NCBI GenBank assembly: GCA_021613535.1
Contig: CP075497.1
Coordinates: 1,178,001-1,242,000 of the forward strand
DNA length: 64,000 bases
From: Adineta vaga
Lineage: Eukaryota > Animalia > Rotifera
Direction of reading: 5' to 3'
Part shown: positions 13,246 through 24,531 of the stretch, piece after piece
Position numbering within the stretch: the first letter of the stretch is position 1
How the letters are laid out: every line of letters begins with the position of its first letter
The notes under the pieces: model-generated
Told to the model about the DNA's origin: nothing
The model's input: the letters and a program-made list of their open reading frames with translations, nothing else
Databases searched by the model: none
Position numbers and translations under genes: made by a program

Positions 13246-15216
13246 GAAAACGCGGTGGGATACTCGATAATGAACGCAGTAGAACATTTGAACTAAGTAT
13301 ACCTGACTTGGAACGTTTAGTAATGGTTTCGTATTGTGACACTCAAATTCACTATCCGACTCCAAATTAATATCATCGTAAAAATTGATCGAATCACCTG
13401 TAGAGATTCTGATTCTGGAAGGTTGTCAACAGGAACATCTGTTTCCTCAGATCTTATGCAATCATTCAAAGCCTGTAAATGGAAATTGAGCTTTTGTCAA
13501 CTGCCCACTTATCGGATAGCAAAGTCATTCTATCAGAATGTCAATATAAAGCACACATTGATATTGCATCTTTTCGAAGAGTTAACTGATCATTTTAAAA
13601 CAATTGAAATAGAAATAGAAACTGACGTCGCTATAATATAGATGGAACAGTCTGCTGAAAGGCATACAAAGCATTTTAAAACCGAAAATAAAGTACGAAA
13701 AGACTTTTTCTCTAAGATATTTCTTTTATTCATTGCCGTCTAGAACAATAATATTTGCAAAATGTAAGAGTACAAAAATAACATCTGAAAAGATTATTTA
13801 GCTAAAGATGGTTGTGTGAAAAATGGTATGCAGAGTCATGTTGGCCATCTAAAAGATTGTTTAATCTGAGTACGGTACCACATAAGTGTGACGACAAAAC
13901 GCCTAACAGTTCCCTTAGATATCTCTTAAAAGTACTCTATTATTGTATTGTGGATGTTTTCTTGATGTATAATGAATTAGACAAATAAACGAGATTCTAT
14001 CAGGATAAATGCGTGTTCATTCTGTTATTATACATGATTTATCATCATAGCTCCATTTTTAATAATTGAAGTGCATATATCGAGTATGATTAAATTTATC
14101 CATCATTTTACGTCAAAGAATGCCTTTTAATGCAACTAAACATTCTAAATAGCATATGAAGCATTTTAAATAGAACGATAAAAGTTTTGCTAGCATTATT
14201 CTTACATCACAGTTAGATACAAATTCTTCAAGACGTTCTTCCCAGAAAATAAGGTTGAGATTGAGAAATGAAATGCACACCGTGATTTTCAATGTCCCAG
14301 CCTCTCTCTCTCGCTTCGAGCACACTTATTAGGAAAACGTTGCTGATACCTTATACGGGTAAGTGCATAGCGCTGACGTGTTAAGCGAAGTTGATCGTAT
14401 GTGATATCGTCGACCATTCAAAATGAGTCAAACATGTTCAGAGAACCAAATGTTTCTTTTATGACTAATGGAGGTACCAAATGATGATTGAAAAACTTCA
14501 CATGTTAGAAAATGACAGTAGATGTAGACAGGAATGTGCTTCGAAGCTTTGCATCGATCGTTGCAACATATTTCGCTGTATACACCATAGAGACGAATAA
14601 CTCCAAATACCTTCATCTATGTATCGTTCCAATCTATTCTAATTCAATGTAAAGGACTGTTAGCTGCGTCGCGAGTAATACGCTTATATACAAGTGTTTT
14701 TGCCACCCATAAGATCAGTCACTGTTGAATCGAAGCTCGAAAATAGACATCAGCTGAAACTCCATCCCACCGTTACTCCAGATCTATTCGACTTCGCCTC
14801 ATCTTTATATCTACTTTAAAAATCCTAGCCCTTCAAATCCAGCGCAAAACGGTAGCAGTCGATAAATACTCTAGAAATTGTAAAGAGTTTTTATGAGGTT
14901 TCTGCATAATTTGTGATAGTCACCATTTATCGAAGCTGGGTAAAATATCATCCAACATGCCTCCTTTATCCCCTTTTGGTCATGCTAATCTCCTCTTGAT
15001 GTCCGTTTTGGATTTAGAGAAGTATCCTGGAAAGTTTGGGGACACTAGCTCTTACAAGGACTAAATGCATAAAGTGCCGACACACATTCTTCTTTATATA
15101 TGTAGATGAGAAATATCTCTAGGAATATGCATCCGTCATTATTTTATGGAAATCATTTCACTGTTGAAAATCGAAGCGAAAATGTTTCTTTTTCTCTGTT
15201 TTAGATTGTTTGTCGA

Positions 15217-18200
15217 GTGTCCATGATAGCTTTAGCACAACGTATCTTGTTTTGCCTTGTCTTACAAGTGTTTGTTGCATCACTGAACATTAATGTCGAT
15301 CTAACTGATTGGACTGAGCAATGTGACAATTGTCCTGAACTAGCACACCATTGTCTTCATGTTCCAGGTCGAACTCAAAAGGATCTTTCTTATCAAATGC
15401 TTTCGTACTGTCTCAGTGAATGGCCATCGACATGGCAGCTAACAGACAAGTCATTTGATCCCAAATTCACCTTTGTCGATCTTTACAGAAAAGATGTGAC
15501 TAGTGAGCACTTATATATTTGGTCTGCACCGATGGATCTCATTGAACGTTATCAATTCTATGTTAACCAACGAGCTCTCGAAAAGGAATCGGGATCAATG
15601 GATATGGATGTCTTTTTCAACTGTACTTTACCAAGATTCGGTTCACAATGTCAATATAAGCTCGACTCTTATCGGTCGGATTATTCTTCATTGAAGGAAC
15701 TTGTTTATGATTTTTATTCGATTCCCTACGAACCAGCAAGTTTAACGTGTTATGAGCATTTGGAATGTCAACGTGCGTCAACGTCGATCTGTTTAGCTTG
15801 GTATGAAATTTGTGATGGAATTGTTCATTGTTTGAATGATGCCATTGATGAAATTCATTGTTGGAAAGTTCAACTAGAAAAATGTGACGACGACCAATCT
15901 CAATGTTACAATGGACAATGTATTTCCCGAACATTTTGGCAAGATGCTCAATTAAACTTCGAATGTCTTGATCGATCAGATCAATTTTATCGCGTGACAC
16001 AGATTGATCACAATCCTTATATTCGAGATCCAACATTTCTTCTTGAAGATGTTCAATTCTCGAGTAATTATCCTAACGTTCCTCATGGTCTTCATTATTC
16101 CTCCATCAGCAAACGTATCGAACGACTTGACGAGATCATCTTGTCTGAAATCCCCGCTTCGATGTCTCCGCAATGTTGGTTAGCATTCAAATGTTACTAC
16201 GAGATGAACAATGAGAATCAAGACTCCCACTGTGAGACCCTCACAGTCAATCATTCATTCATTTCGATCATCAACCAAACGTGCCCCGATCGATTGATCA
16301 TCCCATCGACACCGATCATCTTCGGTCATATCTTCTTCGCCTATGACAGAGAACGACTTGTTCTTAATTCGAACAAATCTATCCGACCCCATCAGATCTG
16401 TTACGACGTGCGACATTGCGACGGATTCCATTTGTACAACACGTCGTCTTCATCAAGCAATCGCACATGTGCGAACGTCGAAAGTTTCTCCCTGTCATTC
16501 GCTGGTGAACTTGTCCGATCGACAATATATTTCTACGTAAAGATCATTAAGGAACAACTAAAGAGATGTAATCCAATCGTTGTAAGTGATCCGACAGCGT
16601 GTGATAGCTCGATGATGTACAAATGTTGGAATTCGTCTCGATGTATTTTTATTGGTCAACTCTGTGATCGGATTAATGATTGTCTTTATGCAGATGATGA
16701 ACAATGTTCGTTAATCAATGAAAGATGTTCAGCACTTGAACGTTACGATCTATTCAAATGTTCAAATACAAATAAATGTCTTTCTCATCGTTTGGTAAAT
16801 GATGATATCTGTCATTGTCCACATCAGCATTCGAAATTATGTGATGATGAAAAACTGAGTCCTGATGCTCGAATCGATTTTATTCCATTTTCCGCGATTT
16901 GTAATGGCTTTACTCAATTACTTCCTGTTCTCATCAATGGCCGCAATGAAACGGACGAAAATGAATGTGATCAATGGCAATGTAACAATACGTACACGCG
17001 ATGTAATCACCAGTGGAATTGTTTCAATGGGATCGATGAACTCAATTGTCAATCGGAATCATTACCAAATTGTTCACATCGTTGTGTTTCACCGCACACA
17101 TATCAATTCATTTGTTTACCTTTGGAAAAAGTTAATGATGGAGATATTGATTGTGTTGGAGCAACGGATGAATTGAAAATTTGTCGATTGACTCAATTTC
17201 GAAGTGAGAAGAATTTCTTTTGTAACAATGATTCGACGCATTCTTGTATTCAATCTTCTGAACTGTGTGCCGAAAACAATCGATGTTCACATGGAGAAGA
17301 CGCACGACTTTGCAGTCCAACACAAAATGAGACTCTCGGACAGAGTATTTGTCAGGAGGAATACCGACATATTCGTTCCGACGTGCAAACATTCTTTTGC
17401 GAACGATATGAAGAAAAATTTGGTAGGGAATTCGAAAACTTTGCTCTTCATGGAAGGTCCTTTCGACGTCAACAAATCATTGCACAAGTGAATAACCGTC
17501 TGCCTGCACCGTTACCAAGTTTGACGGGCAAAAGTTCAGTTGCACAACGATGTCATCGTGGACTTCCATTAACTGTTTCGTCGATAAAAGCATGTCTCTG
17601 TCCACCGAGTTATTATGGTTCCACGTGTCAATATGAGAATGAACGTGTTAGTCTCACTCTGCGTTTCGAAGTCACTGCTGGTTCGCGACGAACATTATTC
17701 ACGTTCGTGGTTTCCCTTACAGATGATAATAACGACGAACGACTGATCTATTCATTTCAACAGCATTCTTTTCTTTATGTGCGAGATTGTCAAATGAAAT
17801 ACAATATTTATTTACTTTATCCGACGCGTCCTCGACATCCTTCGCATAATTATTCCGTTCATATTGATATTTATGAGAAGATCTCATTATCTTATCGGGG
17901 TAGTTTCTTACTTCCAGTCAAATATTCCTTCTTACCAGTCAATCGACTTGCTGTTCATCTCACCATTCCACGTCAGACCAATGAATGGAGTACCTGCTCG
18001 ACTCGTTCGTGTGCTCATGGTCGATGTGTTAACTATGTCAATAATGATCGCCAGTATCGAACCTTTTGTCAATGTGATCAAGGATGGACTGGGAAATCGT
18101 GTACCATTCCTCATCTTTGTCAATGTGCGCCGGGTTCGTTATGTCTCGGTATATCTGCTACGAATCAGTCAGTGTGCATTTGTCCGGTGAACAGATGGGG

Positions 18201-19971
18201 TTCGCGATGTTTCCTGAAAAACAACGTTTGTGAAGAGGATGAAAACGAACTTTGTCTCAATGGAGGTCAGTGTATTCCTATCGATGAACAATTGATTCGA
18301 AGTGACACATTCTTTTGTCTCTGTCCGAAAGGATATGTAGGAAAACAATGTGAAATTTCACGCACGAATTTTACATTAACCTTCGATGAAAATATTCGTT
18401 TGCCTTCTTTGATCACAGTGCATTTTATTGATACTTTTTTCCAAAACGACAATCAAGTGACGAATGGTTCTCTTCTACAAACTATGCCCTATAATCAACG
18501 AACGATAACTATTTATTGGTCCAATCGTTTCCATATAGCCTTTGTTCAACTGGTCGTCGATTATTATTTACTTGTTGTTCAGCCTGAATACGATCCGTTC
18601 ATTTCGTATCAGTTCAGTATTGTTTCTGCAGATCGTTGTCGACATGTTAGTGAAGTATTGAATAGTACTATTACTTCGATGCATCATTTTCGTCGAATGA
18701 AATTCTATCAAATTCCGTGTCAACGTTTTCCTCAATTGAAATGTTTCTACGATGAATTCTATTTCTGTTTGTGTTATTCATTCGGTGATCGCAATTTGAG
18801 TAATTGTTTCAATTTCCATAGTAAACATCGTTCGAGTTGTTCTGGTTTGAGTGAATGTGAAAATGGAGGCGAGTGTATCCAAGATAAACCTCAATGTTCG
18901 CAATCTTCGATGTGTCTTTGTCCGAAATGTTTCCATGGCAATCGATGTCAGTTCAATTCGCGTTTATCTTCTTTATCTCTTGATACGATTCTCAGTTATC
19001 ATGTTCGACCTCAACTTCCCATTGGTAAACAACCAACGGTTGTTCTATTTAGTTTAATAATAATCATTTTCATCACTCTGATTGGTTTGCTCAATGGAAT
19101 TCTTTCTTTCTTAACTTATAAGAATCCCGAAGTACAAAAAACTGGTTGCGGTCTTTATTTATTCGTATCATCGATCAGTACCGTTGCGACGATGGTTCTC
19201 TTTCTATCGAAGTTTGTGATTTTCCTTTATGTTCAAATCAATTATGTGACGAATATCATCTTTCTCAAAAGTCAATGTTTTACATTAGATTTCTTTTTGA
19301 GACTTGCTTTAACAATGGATCAATATCTGCACGGCTGTGTAGCGGTCGAACGAGCGATGACCGTGATCAAAGGTGTCAATTTCAATCAGAAACGAAGTCA
19401 ACAAATGGCTAAATATGTCGTTGGTATGATTTTTTTGTGGATCGGGACAACGAGTGTGATTGATCTAATTCATCGACGATTATTCGAAGAGACCAATACG
19501 GATGATGACGAAGCTGAACAACGAATTTGGTGTATTGTCACTTATTCCTTTTCACTGCAAATCTTTGATCGAACCATTCATTTAATTCATTTGTTTCTTC
19601 CATTTGGGAGTAATTTCATTTCTGCTTTTCTCATTATTTTCATCAATAGTCAACGACGAAATCAAACTCGTCATGATCAATCATTTAAAAAGATCTTTCG
19701 TAAAGAATTACGACAACACAAACATCTTCTTATTTCTCCTCTCGTCTTGATTATCATAGCATTACCTCGACTGGTTCTTTCCTTTCTTTCTGATTGTATG
19801 AACTTGAGTCAGGATGTTTGGATTCCATTAATTGCGTATTTCGTTTCATTTCTCCCACCGATGACGACTTTTCTTATCTTCGTGTTACCATCGAAACATT
19901 ATAAGAAGGAATTTCAAAAATCGATCAGACAAATACAGAATGTTCTCAACAAATCTTTTTATCGACGATAA
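15217..19971 (+). CDS. Intact intronless LDLa/EGF-repeat 7TM receptor-like protein, ~1580 aa (probable ATG at 15223)
   Basis: Signal-peptide-like N-terminus, several LDL-receptor class A repeats (CDGIVHCLNDAIDE, CDRINDCLYADDE), EGF repeats (CLCPPSYYGSTC, CLNGGQC) and a C-terminal 7TM with AVERA. Confidence 0.9.
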   Translation: MSMIALAQRILFCLVLQVFVASLNINVDLTDWTEQCDNCPELAHHCLHVPGRTQKDLSYQMLSYCLSEWPSTWQLTDKSFDPKFTFVDLYRKDVTSEHLYIWSAPMDLIERYQFYVNQRALEKESGSMDMDVFFNCTLPRFGSQCQYKLDSYRSDYSSLKELVYDFYSIPYEPASLTCYEHLECQRASTSICLAWYEICDGIVHCLNDAIDEIHCWKVQLEKCDDDQSQCYNGQCISRTFWQDAQLNFECLDRSDQFYRVTQIDHNPYIRDPTFLLEDVQFSSNYPNVPHGLHYSSISKRIERLDEIILSEIPASMSPQCWLAFKCYYEMNNENQDSHCETLTVNHSFISIINQTCPDRLIIPSTPIIFGHIFFAYDRERLVLNSNKSIRPHQICYDVRHCDGFHLYNTSSSSSNRTCANVESFSLSFAGELVRSTIYFYVKIIKEQLKRCNPIVVSDPTACDSSMMYKCWNSSRCIFIGQLCDRINDCLYADDEQCSLINERCSALERYDLFKCSNTNKCLSHRLVNDDICHCPHQHSKLCDDEKLSPDARIDFIPFSAICNGFTQLLPVLINGRNETDENECDQWQCNNTYTRCNHQWNCFNGIDELNCQSESLPNCSHRCVSPHTYQFICLPLEKVNDGDIDCVGATDELKICRLTQFRSEKNFFCNNDSTHSCIQSSELCAENNRCSHGEDARLCSPTQNETLGQSICQEEYRHIRSDVQTFFCERYEEKFGREFENFALHGRSFRRQQIIAQVNNRLPAPLPSLTGKSSVAQRCHRGLPLTVSSIKACLCPPSYYGSTCQYENERVSLTLRFEVTAGSRRTLFTFVVSLTDDNNDERLIYSFQQHSFLYVRDCQMKYNIYLLYPTRPRHPSHNYSVHIDIYEKISLSYRGSFLLPVKYSFLPVNRLAVHLTIPRQTNEWSTCSTRSCAHGRCVNYVNNDRQYRTFCQCDQGWTGKSCTIPHLCQCAPGSLCLGISATNQSVCICPVNRWGSRCFLKNNVCEEDENELCLNGGQCIPIDEQLIRSDTFFCLCPKGYVGKQCEISRTNFTLTFDENIRLPSLITVHFIDTFFQNDNQVTNGSLLQTMPYNQRTITIYWSNRFHIAFVQLVVDYYLLVVQPEYDPFISYQFSIVSADRCRHVSEVLNSTITSMHHFRRMKFYQIPCQRFPQLKCFYDEFYFCLCYSFGDRNLSNCFNFHSKHRSSCSGLSECENGGECIQDKPQCSQSSMCLCPKCFHGNRCQFNSRLSSLSLDTILSYHVRPQLPIGKQPTVVLFSLIIIIFITLIGLLNGILSFLTYKNPEVQKTGCGLYLFVSSISTVATMVLFLSKFVIFLYVQINYVTNIIFLKSQCFTLDFFLRLALTMDQYLHGCVAVERAMTVIKGVNFNQKRSQQMAKYVVGMIFLWIGTTSVIDLIHRRLFEETNTDDDEAEQRIWCIVTYSFSLQIFDRTIHLIHLFLPFGSNFISAFLIIFINSQRRNQTRHDQSFKKIFRKELRQHKHLLISPLVLIIIALPRLVLSFLSDCMNLSQDVWIPLIAYFVSFLPPMTTFLIFVLPSKHYKKEFQKSIRQIQNVLNKSFYRR

Positions 19972-19973
19972 AC

Positions 19974-20038
19974 AGGGTGGGGTGTGGGTGGGTAGCTTGT
20001 TTACACATGAGTCCCACCCACACTCACCCTCAAGATTT
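19974..20038 (+). repeat. Telomere-like palindromic junction site D (best conserved)
   Basis: AGGGTGGGGTGTGGGTGGG-20 nt loop-CCCACCCACACTCACCCT-CAAGATTT. Near-perfect 18-19 bp arms, starting 2 nt after the TAA ending at 19971. Confidence 0.85.
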
Positions 20039-20102
20039 CTGAAATGAGCTTAAATAAATATTAATAACTACACTTATAGTCCTTGCGAATACATCCTGTT
20101 CC

Positions 20103-20176
20103 GTGTGTGTGGGTGTGTAGATGTGCATGACGAAGATATACCCATGCCTAAATCCACACCCACACTCTCAAGATTT
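20103..20176 (+). repeat. Telomere-like palindromic junction site E
   Basis: GTGTGTGTGGGTGTGtagatgtgcatg...catgcctaaatCCACACCCACACTCTCAAGATTT. Confidence 0.85.
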
Positions 20177-20331
20177 TTCTTTTTACGTTTTGCAAGAACA
20201 AATATTTGAGTGAATAATCTTATCTTAGTGTATAATAAAAGAAAAATATTATAGCGACGTGGCAATGATACTATGATTCATGCGTATATAAAAAGAATAG
20301 AAATAATTCCATTCGATCAAAATTTGAAAAT

Positions 20332-21543
20332 ATGTCAACAACTTTAACAGAAAACAAAGATCGTCTTTCATTATCTGATATTATCATGGCACATGTTTAT
20401 ATTCGTTCACTACTTATTTATGATTATTCTATTCCTAATCTTGAGAAATCTTTCAATGAATATCTTCATTTATATTGTCCACAAGCATTTCAAACAATTA
20501 TTTATGAAGAAAATAGTCCATTAGATGGACGAATTGTCAATTGTGAAAATGAACAAGAACGGAAAGTTTTTTCGAGTGAATCAAGAACAAATGAAAGTAT
20601 ATTAAAATATCTGAATAATAATTTTTCTATCGAAGATTTATTTCCATATGATTTAATACCGACAAATACATCACCTCTTATTTTTCTTCATCAAATTCAT
20701 TTTCAAGATGGAACAATATTAGTATTTGGTTGTCATCATCATTTGTCTGATGGTTATGGTTTTAGTTTATTAGGACAACGTTTTTCATTATGGTTTCAAG
20801 GAAAACAACCGACTTTATTTGATCATGATCGATCGAAATTAAGATATTTAGCTGCATTGTCATCTGTTCAATTTGATCATGAAGAAATGAGTGTTATTGC
20901 TCCAATTTATTCTTTATCAAATCTCATTTCAACAAAAACAATTATTCAACGTTATACAAAACAATATTTATTTGATAAATTTAAAATTCAAAATACAAAT
21001 GTATCTATGAATGATATTCTTGTTGGATGGTTAACAAAAGTAATCAGCCGAATTCGTCATATATCTTTACAAACAATAGTAAAAGTTGGTATGGCAATGA
21101 ATGGAAGAATGATATTACCTGATATTGATGAAAATTACTTTGGTAATTGTACTTTTTCTATATGTTTTTCATTTTCAATGTTTGATTTAAATAATTTAAC
21201 TGTTAATGAATTAGCTCAACGACTTAATTTAGAAAAGCGAAAGTTAATGACACGTGAATACATTCAATCAGCATTGGCATTTATTGATAAACATCATCAT
21301 TTATCGAGAATTCATTTAGGTTGGGAACCAGCAGGAGGAATTGATTTATCATTTAGTAATTGGTCAAAATTTCCTCTGTATAAATGTGATTTTGGCCAAG
21401 GTAAAACGAAATCTTTTCAAATTCCTCAAGTTATATTTGATGGTCTTATTCTTATTTTACCGACATCGAATGATAATGAAATTGAAATTCATATTACATT
21501 AAAAGATCAACATGCACAATTACTTTTAGATGAATTAATTTGA
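20332..21543 (+). CDS. BAHD-family (Transferase) acyl-CoA acyltransferase, 403 aa, intronless
   Basis: Catalytic HXXXDG (HHLSDG), YFGN motif, SNWSKFPLY and a DFGWG-like DFGQG near the C-terminus. Confidence 0.88.
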   Translation: MSTTLTENKDRLSLSDIIMAHVYIRSLLIYDYSIPNLEKSFNEYLHLYCPQAFQTIIYEENSPLDGRIVNCENEQERKVFSSESRTNESILKYLNNNFSIEDLFPYDLIPTNTSPLIFLHQIHFQDGTILVFGCHHHLSDGYGFSLLGQRFSLWFQGKQPTLFDHDRSKLRYLAALSSVQFDHEEMSVIAPIYSLSNLISTKTIIQRYTKQYLFDKFKIQNTNVSMNDILVGWLTKVISRIRHISLQTIVKVGMAMNGRMILPDIDENYFGNCTFSICFSFSMFDLNNLTVNELAQRLNLEKRKLMTREYIQSALAFIDKHHHLSRIHLGWEPAGGIDLSFSNWSKFPLYKCDFGQGKTKSFQIPQVIFDGLILILPTSNDNEIEIHITLKDQHAQLLLDELI

Positions 21544-21769
21544 AAATAAGTTTTATTATATATCTTTGTCAATGTATTGATTTTTTGCCTTAAAACTAAG
21601 AGGAAAAGGCGTGATCTTTCGAAATTTTATAATTATTTACTATGTCGTACTTTTCTTCGTTTGGAATGGAATGGAAGCTATTCTTTTCGTACATTCTTGA
21701 CGAATTGTCACTCGAAAACTGCTGTGCTGTATATTACAATAAATACCGTCATATACGCGTTGATTCTAC

Positions 21770-21830
21770 TGGGTGAGGGTGTGCGTGTGGGTGTGCCTGT
21801 CTCTATCTGATACCCTCACCCACAAGGTTT
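21770..21830 (+). repeat. Telomere-like palindromic junction site F
   Basis: TGGGTGAGGGTGTGcGTGTGGGTGTG...ACCCTCACCCA-CAAGGTTT. Confidence 0.8.
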
Positions 21831-21910
21831 ATCTACAGAGAGAGAGAGGGAGAGAATTGCTGGAAAGATCATATGAAAGCTTATTTCAGATTAGAAATAA
21901 AGAGTAATTA

Positions 21911-22069
21911 TCCTATTCCGCGATGTTGAATATTCCAAAACCGGTTCCCAACCATTCCCGAAATTCCGGAATCAAGCGGAATTCGGTCGGTAACCAGTTC
22001 ATTTGGTAATTGGAGTTGCGTGGGAATTCCTGGAATTGATTCCGGAATGTACAACATCACGGAATAGGA
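21911..22069. mobile_element. ~160-bp MITE
   Basis: Terminal inverted repeats tcctattccgcgatgttgaatattcc / ggaatgtacaacatcacggaatagga, with internal GGAAT/ATTCC motifs. TSD not clear. Confidence 0.7.
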
Positions 22070-23032
22070 AGTATTCTCTAAATAAAAGACAAGGGTTTTC
22101 GAGGATAGTTGTGATAATTATTTATGATACATACAATGAGTTTTAGTTATAACATGATATGTTAACTCTGAAAAACCGAAAGGATTTTCCTCAAAGCTAA
22201 CGGAAAAATAATTATATAAAGAAAGTATTTGGTTTCTGAACTTCTTCATAATGTAGTTGAAACTGATGAGTGGTGTGGAAAACTTTTTGTATCCAAATGA
22301 GAATTCGATACTTATTTTCTGTATCAAGTTTGTATTTCGATTCAAGAATTTTTGTCTAATTCTGAAGATCACTATTGTAAGAAATTTGCAATCGAATTAT
22401 ATTTAGAGTAAGATGAAGACGACTGCAAATGTCAACTGTGAGAACAGTATCGAATTGATGGCATCATTAACGTTGACAAATCGTTCTGTTCATTTGAGAT
22501 TTCCGTAATCTTCTTTTTATCTACGGAAGTGACTCTGAGGTCAATATCAGTTCGAAATTAAGCGAATTACATCGATTAGCGTTATTTATTGATAATATTT
22601 ATGTGCATTTTTGACTATCCTATTGGGATTCATAGAAGAGTAACGAATGATAGGAAAAATAAAAGTAAAATGCTCGAAAGCGCATTGAAGCGAAAAATCG
22701 CAAAAAAGGAGAAATGACAAAATAAAAAGATACTTACATATATATTAACGATGAAGATTGTTTCAAGCTTCATTAATACGACAGGTAAGAATATGACCAT
22801 TTTCTCTTATCAGTAAGTAATATTTTTGATATTTTTATTCTAAATACAATACAGAAAGTGTAATTTACATAATATTAACTTTCAAAATGTATTGTTAAAA
22901 TCTAAATTATCAGAGATGATTCAATGTTTATAATTTTTATCAACAATATTAAATATATTATTTTTCCTTTTGATTAATCAAAATATTTATATATATATAT
23001 ATATAATATGAAAATGAGACACTGGTATAGAC

Positions 23033-24295
23033 CAGAGACCGGCGGGACAAGGATTTTTCTGTCCCTTCCCGCATCCCGTACTAATAGCTTCTAATTATCT
23101 CGTCCTGTCCCATGTCCCGTCCCGTTCCGCCCCGCCGTTTAAGATCTTGTCCCGTCCCGTCTTGTCCCGCCTCCTACGAAAAATTTTCAATAAGATATTT
23201 TAAATAAACAATCATTAGCTTAATATTCTTTTCTACATATCACTATTTATTTTCAAACTGTATCTTACTATATATTTTTGACAATGAATTTGCTCTATAT
23301 GATTGAAAAATATATATTCATTCGGACCTATGAATAAAATCTGAGAAACTTCTGTTGCTACTACAGAAAATATTGTAACTATCATTCGTGTAGTAAATAT
23401 ATAAAATACAAGCGGTTGATAAATTTATGGGAATAAAAAGATTCAGTTTTTTTTCATACAGACCGTTTTGGAAAGCTCAATGAGCTTTATTGAAATATAT
23501 AAGAAACATCACAATAAAACTTTTATTAGATTGCATACTTACATGTATCTCGGTTAAAATACTTAAACGTATGGCAACAACATTTATTTGCAGTTTTTCG
23601 TGTGATTTTTTTCTTATCACACTAGTTTATTCACATCTATTAGATTCTATTAAATTCTATCTTCAAAGAGTTTTTTCTATTATACAGATGTCTATATATA
23701 GAGAGATAGATACATAGTACTCGCCTTACGCTATCAAATGACGAAAAAACAATCGAATCGCCTGAGATCCGAATTATCCTAACGAGAAAACTTCCAGCAA
23801 ATTTGTAACGATATTCAGAAATAAAAAAAAGGTAAAACAGGGTTTACGAGGGCAATGTGCATAACCTTGATGCAGTGTAGATGTCTTATAACAGTTTCTA
23901 GTATTTTTGTTCACGATCTTTCATATTAATTTAAAAAAAACTACTGTATAAAAAAAGAGTTAAAGCATGTGCAGTATTTTTGATATTAGTAGACTGAAAT
24001 AGTTCAACTTCATCAGATAATCTAAATATATGGCTCAAAACTAAAAAATGAATCAAGACTTTTGATCATCACTATTTGAATAAAAACATACGGTTCTAAA
24101 AAAGGTCATTTTTTCTTTTTGTAGAAAAATAACGAATAAATATTTCTACATTGAAGATAAAAATAATAAATTAGATTATTCTCACAGATATTCTGAGAAA
24201 AAATATTAGTGCGGAACAAAAATAAAAGAAATATTCCTCGTGGGACAATGTCAATATAAATTTTATCCCGTCCCGTCCCGTCCCGCCGGTCTCTG
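23033..24295. mobile_element. Non-autonomous hAT-type DNA transposon
   Basis: Perfect 16-bp TIR cagagaccggcgggac, 8-bp TSD gtatagac (23025-23032 and 24296-24303), and GTCCC subterminal repeats. Confidence 0.92.
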
Positions 24296-24531
24296 GTATA
24301 GACAGTAACACACAGTGATTACAAACAAAATCTTTAAAAACACTCAGATTATATTTTCGTTAAATTTTGCCTATTTGGGTATTTATTATTCTTAAAAGAA
24401 TAATCTGACTATACACGGACTCAAAAAAGTGTATTTGTTAATATACAATTCAAAATCTAAGATATTTTTGTTCATTATTTTAGATTTTTATTAAAATATC
24501 ATAGATCGTAAATTTCATATTTACGGAGCCT

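Noticed and set aside
13240-15100. Short ORFs and moderately GC-richer stretches, checked as a possible recombinase or decayed gene
   Set aside because: No recognisable motifs (no tyrosine-recombinase R-H-R-Y, no DDE) and multiple stops.
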